A stretch of DNA of 58,979 nt from contig JAGYMQ010000090.1 of assembly GCA_018400535.1 (NCBI GenBank), positions 1-58,979 on the forward strand. The letters run 5' to 3'. The position numbers were made by a program, and so were the translations under genes. The stretch's first letter is position 1, and each line of letters begins with the position of its first letter. The notes beneath the pieces were generated by a model that ran no database searches, was not told the origin of the DNA, and saw only the letters and a list, made by a program, of their open reading frames with translations. Positions 48,875-58,144 of this stretch are shown piece by piece. The DNA comes from Candidatus Cloacimonadota bacterium. Lineage in GTDB: Bacteria > Cloacimonadota > Cloacimonadia > Cloacimonadales > TCS61.

Positions 48875-49352
48875 CGAGCACGATATGAATTCTTTTGGCA
48901 ATTTGGAAAAAGTATGATAGCAAGAGTGTGATCATCGTATTATAGAAAACAGCAAAGAGCAAGATCAATCCAAAAGATTTATCAATATTTTGCGTTATCA
49001 GATAAAAAAGTAAATAGATAAAATAATAGACTATATTCAGCAGCAGAAGAGAAAATGTGACAACGATAAATCTTTTTTTGTTTATACTGAGATGAAAAGA
49101 TTGCACGAGTTGAGAAATGATCAAGAAGCTTAATGTGTTCAAACCGAGGAATAGAGGTTGTGTAAGATCAAGCGCTACACCGATAAAAAAAGCTAAGGTC
49201 AGGCTTTTTGTCATTTCCAATTCCAGATTAATATAAATAATATATGCCAGTAAGAAATTTGGAATGATGCCTAAGATCATAAATTTGGCAGCAAAAATTA
49301 TCTGAAAATAAAGAATCAATAAACCAAAAATGGTGAGTTTGAAAACTTTCAT
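48867..49352 (-). CDS. mreD: Rod shape-determining protein MreD
   Basis: 161 aa, very hydrophobic. FFIGVALDL is MreD-like. Operon position supports the call. Confidence 0.8.
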   Translation of the reverse strand: MKVFKLTIFGLLILYFQIIFAAKFMILGIIPNFLLAYIIYINLELEMTKSLTLAFFIGVALDLTQPLFLGLNTLSFLIISQLVQSFHLSINKKRFIVVTFSLLLLNIVYYFIYLLFYLITQNIDKSFGLILLFAVFYNTMITLLLSYFFQIAKRIHIVLDV

Positions 49353-50023
49353 TTTACCTCGCGGATCAAACAGATCGGAGTGAGCTCTGCGCCTTGACCC
49401 TGCGGATTATCGTTCATCACTTCTTCCAGAAATTCTTTGTCGATATCTTCGCTTCCACCGATCATCCAACAGCCGCCGATATCATTGATATCCATCACGG
49501 CGCAAGGATTTCCTAATTCACGTTTTATGCGGCGTGCTACTTTCTCCGGCGCTTTCGGCCCTTTGATCACACATTTATCATAAGGTGGAATGGGTGAAGT
49601 CGTTGCCGCATCAATGAGAGCGGCTTGTTTCCCAGCAATTCGATAAAAATCTCCTTTTCTGCCGATCAATTTTCCCAGTGCTCCGAGGAAAGCGGCGAAT
49701 AAAATGCGGATAGCACCTACTTCATCGACGGCACATTGCATGCTGGAAGGAGAATGCAGGCCAATGCCATATTTCACATTGGAAACGAATCTCCAGAGCA
49801 GTCTGGCGATCCAGCCAATTTTGATCTTGTCTATTGGGATCGCACGATTTTGTGTGATCGCCAACGGACTTTCGCTGATCGTGATGATATCATGCGGTTG
49901 CAAAATACCTTTGGTGTTTTTTTTGATCACTTCCAGTATGTCGTCATTTGGTTTCAAAATTTCAGTTTTGATTGGAAGGCGTTGAAATCTCTTAGCGTTG
50001 ATCGTTCTGAAATTCTCTTTCAT
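49349..50023 (-). CDS. CofE-like (F420-0:gamma-glutamyl ligase family fold) protein of unknown role
   Basis: About 224 aa from ATG 50023, which has AAGGAAA 8 nt upstream. ITISESPLAITQNRAI...GIGLHSPSSMQ...DAATTSPIPPYD...AVMDINDIGG resembles the PF01996 family. ATGA-type overlap with mreD, and it overlaps the mreC 3' end by about 32 nt. Confidence 0.65.
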   Translation of the reverse strand: MKENFRTINAKRFQRLPIKTEILKPNDDILEVIKKNTKGILQPHDIITISESPLAITQNRAIPIDKIKIGWIARLLWRFVSNVKYGIGLHSPSSMQCAVDEVGAIRILFAAFLGALGKLIGRKGDFYRIAGKQAALIDAATTSPIPPYDKCVIKGPKAPEKVARRIKRELGNPCAVMDINDIGGCWMIGGSEDIDKEFLEEVMNDNPQGQGAELTPICLIREVK

Positions 50024-50780
50024 AATCTTTTTCCTTTTCGTAATAAAGGACAATGACCTGATCCAATGAGGCTGATTCTACAAAAGTTTTGATCTCTGCT
50101 TTCATAAAAATTTTGTTTGGAGACTCGATCAGTTTAATAACTTTTCCTACGGGATAGTTTTTTGGGAAAATTGAAGAAATATTGGAAGTGACAACTTCGT
50201 CATCCAATTTAATATCCGAGCCCAATTTGATCATTGTCATATAAGTTTTGCCATAAATATCTGTTTCCAGGATTCCCTGCAAATTATTTCGTTTCAACAT
50301 CACACCCAGACGGCAGCTGTGATGCGTCAAAGGTAAAACGATCGCATAATTCAGAGAAACGCTGATGATCTTTCCAGCAATACCGTCGGAATGCAGAACA
50401 GGAAAGTCTGGTTTGATGCCTTGGACTCTGCCTTTATCGATGATCAGATTTCTTTCGAGAAATCGACCATCATATCCGACAACTTGAGCAAGAATAAATT
50501 GTTGTTTTCCCACATCAAAATTTGTTTGAGTGGTTTTCAGCTTATTTAATATTACTTCCAGATCTCTGATCTCATTTGTTTTTTGGGCTAATTTTTTTGA
50601 TAATTCCTGATAATTTTTCTGAAGCTTGAAAAGATTTTCGATCTTATCAACTGAATTGATAAAAGGAGAATATAGCGTTGAACTCAAAAAATTTGCCTTT
50701 ACCAGTCTCTGTTCTTTGTTTCCCAAAAGCAAAATGAAGGTAAAGATCAGATAAATGATGAAATAAAGATGCTTTCTCAC
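49992..50780 (-). CDS. mreC: Rod shape-determining protein MreC
   Basis: 262 aa with an N-terminal TM helix, a coiled coil and beta-barrel domains (VLHSDGIAGKIISV, VVTSNISSIFPKNYPVGKV). Confidence 0.9.
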   Translation of the reverse strand: MRKHLYFIIYLIFTFILLLGNKEQRLVKANFLSSTLYSPFINSVDKIENLFKLQKNYQELSKKLAQKTNEIRDLEVILNKLKTTQTNFDVGKQQFILAQVVGYDGRFLERNLIIDKGRVQGIKPDFPVLHSDGIAGKIISVSLNYAIVLPLTHHSCRLGVMLKRNNLQGILETDIYGKTYMTMIKLGSDIKLDDEVVTSNISSIFPKNYPVGKVIKLIESPNKIFMKAEIKTFVESASLDQVIVLYYEKEKDYEREFQNDQR

Positions 50781-50783
50781 TGT

Positions 50784-51821
50784 TTAATCTTCGATCTTTT
50801 TAATCAGGACTTCCTTATATTCTTCCATATTATCTAAAACTCTGCCGCAGCCATTCAGAACGCAAGTGAGAGATTCTGGGAAAACATGCACGGGTAGATC
50901 AACTGTTTCCTGGATTCTCTTATCGAGTCCTTTCAAATTTGCTCCGCCACCTGTGAGGATCAATCCTCGTTCGGCGATATCTGCTGCCAGTTCTGGAGCT
51001 GTTTTTTCAAACAATCTTTTGACAGCATCGATCATCGCTTCCACATTTTCTGAAAGTGCATCACGGATCTCTTCAGAATTCACTTCGATCGTGATCGGGT
51101 AGCCATTGATGATATCACGTCCCCGCACTTCGATCGTTAATTCCTTTTCCAATGGATAGGCAGAGCCAACGCCCATTTTGATCTTCTCTGCAGTTTGAAT
51201 CCCTACGTGAATATTGTTCTTTTTTCGTAAATAATCAACGATCGCCTCGTCCATCTTATCACCACCGACGCGGATTGAGCTGTGAACAACAATATGCGAA
51301 AGTGAAATAATAGCAATTTCAGTTGTTCCACCACCGATATCCATCACCAGGTTTCCCTGCGGTTTGTGAATCGGAAGGTCAGCTCCGATCGCTGCTGCAA
51401 CTGGTTCAGAGATGAGATGAACTTCACGGGCTCCAGCATGCAGAGCGCTATCACGCACCGCCCTTTTTTCTACTTCGGTGATGCCAGAAGGAACACAGAC
51501 AAGAACACGCGGTTTGATCAAAAGGCGTTTTCTTTGCGCCCGCAAGATCAGATTGCGCAGCATCAATTCTGTGACCTGAAAATCTGCGATCACACCATCT
51601 TTCAGAGGTTTGATGATCCTAACCTCCGCTGGATTTTTTCCAAGCATATCTTTGGCCGCTTCACCAATTGCTATGATCTTGCTGTTATCGTTCGAAATTG
51701 CTACAACAGACGGTTCATCGATCACAGTTCCATAGCCTTTTCGGTAAACTAAAGTGTTTGCAGTTCCCAGATCGATAGCGATATCATTGGAAAATAATGT
51801 TGATATATTATTCCAAAACAT
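50784..51821 (-). CDS. mreB: Rod shape-determining actin homologue MreB
   Basis: 345 aa with DIAIDLGTANTLVY, EPVAAAIGA, MDIGGGTTEIA and LTGGGANLKGLD. Confidence 0.97.
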   Translation of the reverse strand: MFWNNISTLFSNDIAIDLGTANTLVYRKGYGTVIDEPSVVAISNDNSKIIAIGEAAKDMLGKNPAEVRIIKPLKDGVIADFQVTELMLRNLILRAQRKRLLIKPRVLVCVPSGITEVEKRAVRDSALHAGAREVHLISEPVAAAIGADLPIHKPQGNLVMDIGGGTTEIAIISLSHIVVHSSIRVGGDKMDEAIVDYLRKKNNIHVGIQTAEKIKMGVGSAYPLEKELTIEVRGRDIINGYPITIEVNSEEIRDALSENVEAMIDAVKRLFEKTAPELAADIAERGLILTGGGANLKGLDKRIQETVDLPVHVFPESLTCVLNGCGRVLDNMEEYKEVLIKKIED

Positions 51822-51956
51822 ATTTTCTCCACTATTATACTTTTAGATTTTTTAGGAATTTAATTATGTTTCTATTGTCAAGATTTGTTTTGATTTAATT
51901 CAATAGAAATTCGACTGAAGTGAATCTCCAGCAAAATTGTAAATATGAATTGATAT

Positions 51957-51991
51957 AAAAAAAAATCCCGGTTTAAAAGCCGGGATTTTTT
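51957..51991 (-). terminator. Intrinsic terminator after the ECF stress operon (hairpin flanked by A- and T-runs)
   Basis: ATCCCGG (51965-51971) pairs with CCGGGAT (51980-51986). The plus-strand A-run upstream gives a U-tract on the minus strand. Confidence 0.7.
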
Positions 51992-52009
51992 CAGGGGAGT
52001 TAGGTTGTA

Positions 52010-52498
52010 TTATCTCTTTCTCGGTTTATTATGATTTCTAAGGCGAGGCTGTTCCTTGCGCAATTCATCTGCTTTTACTCGCTGCTCTGGCGTTAATAAA
52101 TCCCAGATCGCTTCGTGATGATCAATGCGCTTCATGGCCATTTTTTGTCTTTGTTCTCCGATCTGTGTGATGATTTTCTTCACCTTATCATAATTATGCT
52201 CCTGCATTGACTGTCGTCTATCAATGTTCAATTTTTCCAGATCAGCACGCAAGTCGATCATCGTTTTACGATGTTTGATCCGCAAATCATCCCACTTATC
52301 TTGTTGCTCACTGGTAAGTTCGAGTTCGTCATACAATCTTCCCACGCTGTCATTTTCATTATAGTGCATTCTTTTGCTTTCAGCTGGTCGTCCCTGCATC
52401 TGATCAGGTCTTGCTTTACGGTCCCATTTTCCTTCATAAGCTGTCAATAAGCCGATCACGACTATTACAGCCAGAATTGTCATAACTGTTTTTTTCAT
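52010..52498 (-). CDS. Periplasmic Spy/CpxP-family (LTxxQ) protein
   Basis: 162 aa. Signal or anchor segment. LELTSEQQDKWDDL and LLTPEQRVKADEL are LTxxQ repeats. AGGAGG RBS. Confidence 0.8.
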   Translation of the reverse strand: MKKTVMTILAVIVVIGLLTAYEGKWDRKARPDQMQGRPAESKRMHYNENDSVGRLYDELELTSEQQDKWDDLRIKHRKTMIDLRADLEKLNIDRRQSMQEHNYDKVKKIITQIGEQRQKMAMKRIDHHEAIWDLLTPEQRVKADELRKEQPRLRNHNKPRKR

Positions 52499-52971
52499 TT
52501 GTTCCTCCTATTTAAGTTATTTTTATTATTTGTTTTAGGAAATCTCTGCGTTGGCAGATCACGAGCGTTTTCCAATCTTCGAGGACGACGCAATTGCAGA
52601 TATTTTTTAATTTGATCTGCCGTCATTGATTTGCGCATCTGGATCAGATATTCGCCCAATTTTTTCTCGACTTGTTTCTGTTTTTCCAAACTTAGTTGCA
52701 ATTTTTCCAGACTTTTTTTTTCATCAAAATCATTTTGCATCAAGCTTTCCAAAAAATTTCGTCTTTGCTTTCTCAATTCTTGATGATAGGGTTCCAGCAA
52801 TTTTCTTTGTGTAAAATATTTTTCTCTGTATTCAGCAGGAATTAATCTTTCTGGTGGAATACGATGCGGTGGAACAGGCGAGAGAAAGCGCAGGTAAAAA
52901 AAAGTACCGATAAAAGCAAGATTAAAAACAACCGAGACCAGAAAAATGATCGTTAAAGTTTTTTTAGACAT
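52495..52971 (-). CDS. Membrane-anchored helical protein (periplasmic heavy-metal-sensor/Spy-like)
   Basis: About 158 aa from ATG 52971, with one TM helix and then a helical K/E/Q-rich region. Overlaps both neighbouring genes, indicating an operon. Confidence 0.6.
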   Translation of the reverse strand: MSKKTLTIIFLVSVVFNLAFIGTFFYLRFLSPVPPHRIPPERLIPAEYREKYFTQRKLLEPYHQELRKQRRNFLESLMQNDFDEKKSLEKLQLSLEKQKQVEKKLGEYLIQMRKSMTADQIKKYLQLRRPRRLENARDLPTQRFPKTNNKNNLNRRNK

Positions 52972-53374
52972 CATCTTCTCCCATAAAATATGTGTAATAA
53001 GAATCTTCACCGAATTCAGCGTAATCGCTATTCAAATCAGAAAAAGTCAATTTGCTGATCAAAATTCCTGCAAGCAAAGAAACTATTAGCATTGCCGCGA
53101 TAGGCAGTTTCATCAATATTTTCCAGATAGAAATTCTGTTTTGTTGAGGAATTGCGTTAAAAATTTTATTTGCAAGAGATTCTGGCAGATCCTCTTCTTG
53201 ATATTCCGCTAACAAATGATTGATTGAAATCAATTCTCGCAATGTATTTTGACAAATATTGCAACTTTGGAGATGAGTTTTCACTTCTGCTTTTTCATCA
53301 GAAGCCAATTCATCGTCCAGATAGGCATTCAATTTCTTTTCGTAACTGCAATTCTTCATTTTCATTTTTTTCAC
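52964..53374 (-). CDS. Anti-sigma factor (zf-HC2 type)
   Basis: 136 aa. The HLQSCNICQNTLREL zinc-finger motif is followed by a single TM helix. Lies directly downstream of the ECF sigma gene. Confidence 0.8.
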   Translation of the reverse strand: MKKMKMKNCSYEKKLNAYLDDELASDEKAEVKTHLQSCNICQNTLRELISINHLLAEYQEEDLPESLANKIFNAIPQQNRISIWKILMKLPIAAMLIVSLLAGILISKLTFSDLNSDYAEFGEDSYYTYFMGEDDV

Positions 53375-53380
53375 CTCATT

Positions 53381-53893
53381 TTATAAGACAAATTTTTCGC
53401 TCTTTTCCTGCATTTTTTCTTTTGCGATAATATCACGAAGTTTTTTCTTCGCTCTGACTAATTTGGAATCAACTGCGGAAGTCGTCGTTCCAAAGACCTT
53501 AGCAATATTTTTATAGCTCATTTTTTGATAGAACTGCAATTCGATCAACGTCTTTTCTTCTGCATTCAGTTTGGAAAGTGCTTTTCGCACCAGTGCATTA
53601 TTGGGATTTTTCGCTGGTGGTTGTTTTGCTTTCAATAATTCTGTATTTTCCAACAAAATAGGGTCTTTTTTCTTTTTCGAGCGAATGAGATTGAGAGCTC
53701 TGTGATAAGCTGTTTTGAAAAGGTAGTTCTTGCGGGAAGAAGCCGCTATTGTTTCCCATTTTTCATAAAAAGCGAGAAACGTTTCCTGCGTTATATCTTC
53801 GGCATCTTCTTTGTTGCGCAGCATTTTTAGAAGATAGTTATATATCTTTTTTCCTTCAGAATGCACTAAACTCTCAAAATCAATATTTTTCAT
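53381..53893 (-). CDS. ECF (group 4) RNA polymerase sigma factor
   Basis: 170 aa. Region 2 (DAEDITQETFLAFYE) and region 4 HTH (SYKNIAKVFGTTTSAVDSKLVRAKKKL). Confidence 0.9.
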   Translation of the reverse strand: MKNIDFESLVHSEGKKIYNYLLKMLRNKEDAEDITQETFLAFYEKWETIAASSRKNYLFKTAYHRALNLIRSKKKKDPILLENTELLKAKQPPAKNPNNALVRKALSKLNAEEKTLIELQFYQKMSYKNIAKVFGTTTSAVDSKLVRAKKKLRDIIAKEKMQEKSEKFVL

Positions 53894-54057
53894 TTTTCTC
53901 TTTTTTTGGATTTATTTTATTAGACAAGATAAGGAAAAATGTCTGCAGGAAAAGTTACAATATTTTTTATTTAGATAGAAAATACTTGCCAGATAAACCA
54001 TCAGAAATTCTTTTGCATCAAAAGATTATGCAAAATTAAATAACAGGACGGTGCATT

Positions 54058-54249
54058 ATGGCAAAAAGATGTGATATTTGCGGCAAAGGCGCTCAAAGAG
54101 GAAATTATCGAAGTCATTCTTTGAATGCGAAGAAAAGAAAATTTTATCCAAATCTGGTTAAAATGAAAGCAGAAATTGACGGCGAAGTTAGACGTGTGAA
54201 CGTTTGCACTTCTTGTCTGAAAAAAAATAAAGTAAGAAAAGTTTTATGA
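54058..54249 (+). CDS. rpmB: 50S ribosomal protein L28 (Cys-containing form)
   Basis: 63 aa with MAKRCDICGKGAQRGNYRSHSLNAKKRKFYPNL...CTSCLKK. Confidence 0.93.
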   Translation: MAKRCDICGKGAQRGNYRSHSLNAKKRKFYPNLVKMKAEIDGEVRRVNVCTSCLKKNKVRKVL

Positions 54250-54256
54250 TTTTGAA

Positions 54257-54287
54257 AAAGACTGCGCTCAGCGGTCTTTTGATTTTT
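54257..54287 (+). terminator. Intrinsic terminator after rpmB
   Basis: AAAGACTGC-GCTCA-GCGGTCTTT (one G-U pair), then TGATTTTTT. Confidence 0.7.
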
Positions 54288-54316
54288 TAAAAAAATTCTG
54301 AATAATGGGGATAAAG

Positions 54317-54799
54317 ATGGAAATTATTGTGGAAGATCTTAAAATACCAGCAGGTTACAACATCATTTTTGGCATGTCCCATTTTATCAAAACTGTGGAA
54401 GACCTTTATGAAGCGATGGTAAACTCTGTGCCAAATATCAAATTTGGATTAGCTTTCAACGAAGCTTCCGGCCCCTGTCTGGTGCGCAAAGAAGGCACAG
54501 ATAACGATCTGATGGAAATTGCTGTGGAAAATCTGCGTCGGATTGGAGCAGGGCACGCCTTCCTCATCGTTATGAAAGAAGTTTTTCCGATCAATGTGCT
54601 ATCGGCTGTAAAAAATTGCCGAGAAGTTGTGAATGTTTTTTGTGCAACAGCGAATCCGGTGCAAGTCATTCTGGGAAAAACGGATCAGGGGAAAGGCGTA
54701 TTGGGTGTGATTGACGGCTACTCTCCCAAAGGAATTGAACTCGATACCGACATTACCCAACGCAAAAAATTTCTGCAGGATATCGGCTACAAGCGATGA
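54317..54799 (+). CDS. DUF355 / adenosine-specific kinase family protein (PAE2307-like)
   Basis: About 160 aa from ATG 54317. GMSHFIKTVEDLYEA...GLAFNEASGPCLVR...GAGHAFLIVMKEVFPINVL matches the PF04008-type family as I recall it. Confidence 0.7.
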   Translation: MEIIVEDLKIPAGYNIIFGMSHFIKTVEDLYEAMVNSVPNIKFGLAFNEASGPCLVRKEGTDNDLMEIAVENLRRIGAGHAFLIVMKEVFPINVLSAVKNCREVVNVFCATANPVQVILGKTDQGKGVLGVIDGYSPKGIELDTDITQRKKFLQDIGYKR

Positions 54800-55347
54800 T
54801 CCGCACTTTTATTGCACTGAATCTACCAGAGCAGATCAAGGACGAAATTACAGACATCATTCACAAATTCGCAAATGCATATTTGGATGGTGTTAATTGG
54901 GTAACCCGAGAAAATCTGCATATCACTTTCCAATTCATCGGCAATACAAAACCAGAAGATATTCCAGAAATTTCCATTGCCCTTACACGATTTTTTGAAA
55001 AGATCAATGAGTTTGAATTTTATGCTCCGCAAATCCAGATCATTCCTGGAAAAGATCCAAAAATTATCTGGATCGGTCTGAAAACTGAGAATACAGAAAT
55101 TTTCAAAATATCCAAAAAACTAAAATCTTTTTTACGTAGAATGGATTATAAAATTGATTCCAGAAAATTGAAACCACATATCACTTTAGGAAGAATAAAA
55201 AAAAGATTGCCAGAAAAACTTATCAAAAAAATGTTAAATATAGATCTAAATTTTGGAAAATTGAAAGTCAATGAAGTTGCTATCTATAAAAGCACTTTGA
55301 CTTCTTCCGGACCCGTGTATGAGGAAATCGGCAAAATTGAATTTTAA
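54796..55347 (+). CDS. thpR: RNA 2',3'-cyclic phosphodiesterase (2H family, LigT/ThpR)
   Basis: 183 aa with two H-x-T/S-x motifs (HITFQF, HITLGR). ATGA overlap with the upstream gene. Confidence 0.88.
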   Translation: MIRTFIALNLPEQIKDEITDIIHKFANAYLDGVNWVTRENLHITFQFIGNTKPEDIPEISIALTRFFEKINEFEFYAPQIQIIPGKDPKIIWIGLKTENTEIFKISKKLKSFLRRMDYKIDSRKLKPHITLGRIKKRLPEKLIKKMLNIDLNFGKLKVNEVAIYKSTLTSSGPVYEEIGKIEF

Positions 55348-55367
55348 ACTTTTTACGAGGAGTAAAC

Positions 55368-56405
55368 ATGGCAGATAAAGACAAAAAAAATGCTTTGAAA
55401 ACAGCACTCAGTCAACTTGATAAACAATTTGGAGTTGGAACTATTATGCGACTGGGCGATAAACCCAAAGAAGTAGTTGGTTCGATTCCGACAGGGGCGA
55501 TCAATCTCGATGCTGCGCTCGGTATCGGCGGAATTCCCAAAGGAAGAGTTACCGAAATTTATGGTCCCGAAGCTTCGGGCAAGACAACGTTGGCTTTGCA
55601 TTGCGTGTCGGAAGCACAGAAGAAAGAAGGCGTCGTTGCATTCATCGATGTGGAACACGCCCTCGATCCTGTTTATGCAGGAAAGATCGGTGTGGATACT
55701 GAGAATCTATTGCTTTCTCAACCTGATGGAGGCGAGCAAGCTTTGGAAATCGTGGAAACGCTTGTGCGTAGCAATGCGATCGATTTGATCGTGGTCGATT
55801 CGGTAGCAGCGCTTGTGCCCAAAGCCGAGATCGAAGGTAGCATGGGCGATTCTCATGTTGGCTTGCAAGCACGCTTAATGTCACAAGCTTTACGAAAATT
55901 GACTGGGATCATAAGCAAATCCAACACTGCTGTGATTTTTATTAATCAAACCAGAATGAAGATCGGTGTTCCAGCTTATGTCAATCCAGAAACGACTACC
56001 GGCGGAGTAGCGCTAAAATTCTATTCTTCTGTAAGATTGGAAGTAAGAAGAGTTGGATCGATTAAACAGATCGGTTCTGGTGCTGATATCGTTGGAAATA
56101 AAACCAGAGTAAAGATCGTGAAAAATAAATTTGCTCCACCCTTTAAAAAAGTGGAATTTCCTATCGTTTTTGGTGTCGGCATTTCTCATTTCGATGTGCT
56201 GGTAGATATCGCAGTCGAACATGACATTGTCAAGAAAAGCGGTTCCTGGTATTCTTATGGAGAAACAAAGATCGGACAAGGTGCAGAAAAAGTGAAAGAT
56301 TTTCTTTCCGAAAATGAAGATATCCATGCTGAGATCGAAAAGAAAGTGCGAAAAACGCTGGGTTTAGATAAATCTGATGAAGATCAGAAGGATAAAAAGA
56401 ACTAA
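55368..56405 (+). CDS. recA: Recombinase RecA
   Basis: 345 aa with [25 protein letters not shown] and NQTRMKIGV. Confidence 0.98.
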   Translation: MADKDKKNALKTALSQLDKQFGVGTIMRLGDKPKEVVGSIPTGAINLDAALGIGGIPKGRVTEIYGPEASGKTTLALHCVSEAQKKEGVVAFIDVEHALDPVYAGKIGVDTENLLLSQPDGGEQALEIVETLVRSNAIDLIVVDSVAALVPKAEIEGSMGDSHVGLQARLMSQALRKLTGIISKSNTAVIFINQTRMKIGVPAYVNPETTTGGVALKFYSSVRLEVRRVGSIKQIGSGADIVGNKTRVKIVKNKFAPPFKKVEFPIVFGVGISHFDVLVDIAVEHDIVKKSGSWYSYGETKIGQGAEKVKDFLSENEDIHAEIEKKVRKTLGLDKSDEDQKDKKN

Positions 56406-56988
56406 AACTACTTCGTTGATATTTATCAATGAAGAAAGTTGGGGGATTTTATCAGATAAAATCCTCCATTTTTTTTCTATTCCCTTTGACGATGATTTTT
56501 TTTTAGCTGAAAAAGAAACGCAACAATTGAAAGAAGAAATTCATAAATTTGCCTGGCAAAAATTCCTCAATTACCTTTCCTATCGCGAAAGATCACTGTT
56601 TGAATGTCGGCAATATCTCAATAAAAAACTCTGTTTATCAAAAATCCTTGAAAATATTTTGATTAAAAAAGCTGAAAATTTGAATTATCTGAATGAAGAA
56701 AGATTCACAGAACTTTATTGCGAAGAACTTATCCAAAAAAAAAAGAGCTACCAGGAAATCTATGAAAAAATGCTGGCAAAAAAAATTGAAATTAAGCTGA
56801 TCGAAAAAATTCTATCACAAAAATATTCAAAAAAAATAAAATTGGAAAATCTACGCTTGAATCTGGAAAAAGCAATTAAACGTTATGGATTGCCGAAGCA
56901 TCGAAAAAATAAAGAAAAGATCCTCAATTTTATGACCAGAAAAGGATTTTCCTATTATGATGTGATAGAATTTCTGGAGGAAAAGTGA
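56377..56988 (+). CDS. recX: RecX-like regulatory protein
   Basis: 203 aa, helical repeats. [19 protein letters not shown] is RecX-like. Overlaps the recA 3' end by 29 nt. Confidence 0.75.
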   Translation: MKIRRIKRTKTTSLIFINEESWGILSDKILHFFSIPFDDDFFLAEKETQQLKEEIHKFAWQKFLNYLSYRERSLFECRQYLNKKLCLSKILENILIKKAENLNYLNEERFTELYCEELIQKKKSYQEIYEKMLAKKIEIKLIEKILSQKYSKKIKLENLRLNLEKAIKRYGLPKHRKNKEKILNFMTRKGFSYYDVIEFLEEK

Positions 56989-58076
56989 ATAAAATAAAAG
57001 TTAATGACATTATTGCTCATCTACACAAGATCGCCGATCCAAAACTCGCTTATGATTGGGATAATGCTGGTTTTCAATTGGGCGATGCTGATCAGGAAGT
57101 GAAAAAAATTCTCCTAACTTTAGATGTGACAAAAAACGCTATCGAAAAAGCTATCTGTGAAAATGTTGACCTCATTATCTCGCATCATCCTTTTATTTTC
57201 CGACCGATGAAAAAAGTTACCAACCCCTTATTTTTAAAATTGATCAAAAATAATATTTCCGTTCTTTCAGCACACACAAATCTCGATGTGATCAAAAACG
57301 GTGTCAATTTCGCTTTAGCAAAAAGAATCGGTCTATCCAATCTAACTTTTATTTCACAAGATATAAACGCAAAACTATTCCAGCTCGCTGTTTACGTTCC
57401 AAAATCGCATTCTGGACAGGTAAAAAAAGCAGTGATGAGAAATGCAGGCAAGATAGGTAATTACATCGATTGTCTGACTGAATACGAAGTGGAAGGACAA
57501 TTTAGACCGGAAGCAAAAAGCAAACCGACAATCGGCAAAAGAGAAAAACTGGAAAAAGTATCGGAGCAAAAACTGGAATTTTTTGTGGATTCGATCCATC
57601 TCCAAAAAGTGATCGCTGCTCTGAAAAAAGCACATCCTTATGAAACTCCAGTTTATGCTGTTTTTCCGCAGGAAAGAGCGAGCGAGAATTTTGGTCTGGG
57701 CTTGATCGGTGATCTGGAAGAGAATATGACTCTCACAGAATTTGCTAAATCTGTAAAACAGAGCTTGCAAGCTCCATTTGTGAAGTTATGGAAAGCAGGT
57801 AAACCTGATGATTTTCAGGTTTCAAGAATTGCAATTTGCGGCGGCACCGGAACATCACTAGTTTCGAAAGTTTACGGTAACGCCGATGTTTTCGTTTCTG
57901 CCGATTTCACCTATCACACAATTATCGACAGCAAGGTTCCGCTTATTGATGCCGGACATTTTTACACAGAAAATCCGGTGCTGGCAAATTTAAAAGAGAT
58001 GCTGTCGGAATTCGAGCTAGAAATAATTGAATTAACTGCTGATGAACACGAGATAAGTGAGGAGATAATAATTTAA
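56985..58076 (+). CDS. Nif3-family dinuclear metal-centre protein (YqfO/YbgI-like) with PII-like insert
   Basis: 363 aa. GTG start in a GTGA overlap with recX, after GGAGG. DWDNAGFQLG, ISHHPFIF, SAHTNLD and DAGHFYTE motifs. Confidence 0.88.
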   Translation: MNKIKVNDIIAHLHKIADPKLAYDWDNAGFQLGDADQEVKKILLTLDVTKNAIEKAICENVDLIISHHPFIFRPMKKVTNPLFLKLIKNNISVLSAHTNLDVIKNGVNFALAKRIGLSNLTFISQDINAKLFQLAVYVPKSHSGQVKKAVMRNAGKIGNYIDCLTEYEVEGQFRPEAKSKPTIGKREKLEKVSEQKLEFFVDSIHLQKVIAALKKAHPYETPVYAVFPQERASENFGLGLIGDLEENMTLTEFAKSVKQSLQAPFVKLWKAGKPDDFQVSRIAICGGTGTSLVSKVYGNADVFVSADFTYHTIIDSKVPLIDAGHFYTENPVLANLKEMLSEFELEIIELTADEHEISEEIII

Positions 58077-58144
58077 TACTGTTTGATATTCCAACAATTA
58101 TTTGACGCATATTCCGACACTTCAATTATGTGCTTGGAGGAGTT

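Noticed and set aside
49704-50056. Plus-strand ORFs of 93 and 106 aa opposite the CofE-like gene.
   Set aside because: The higher local GC lengthens random ORFs, and the minus-strand frame has the recognisable family motifs and operon coupling.
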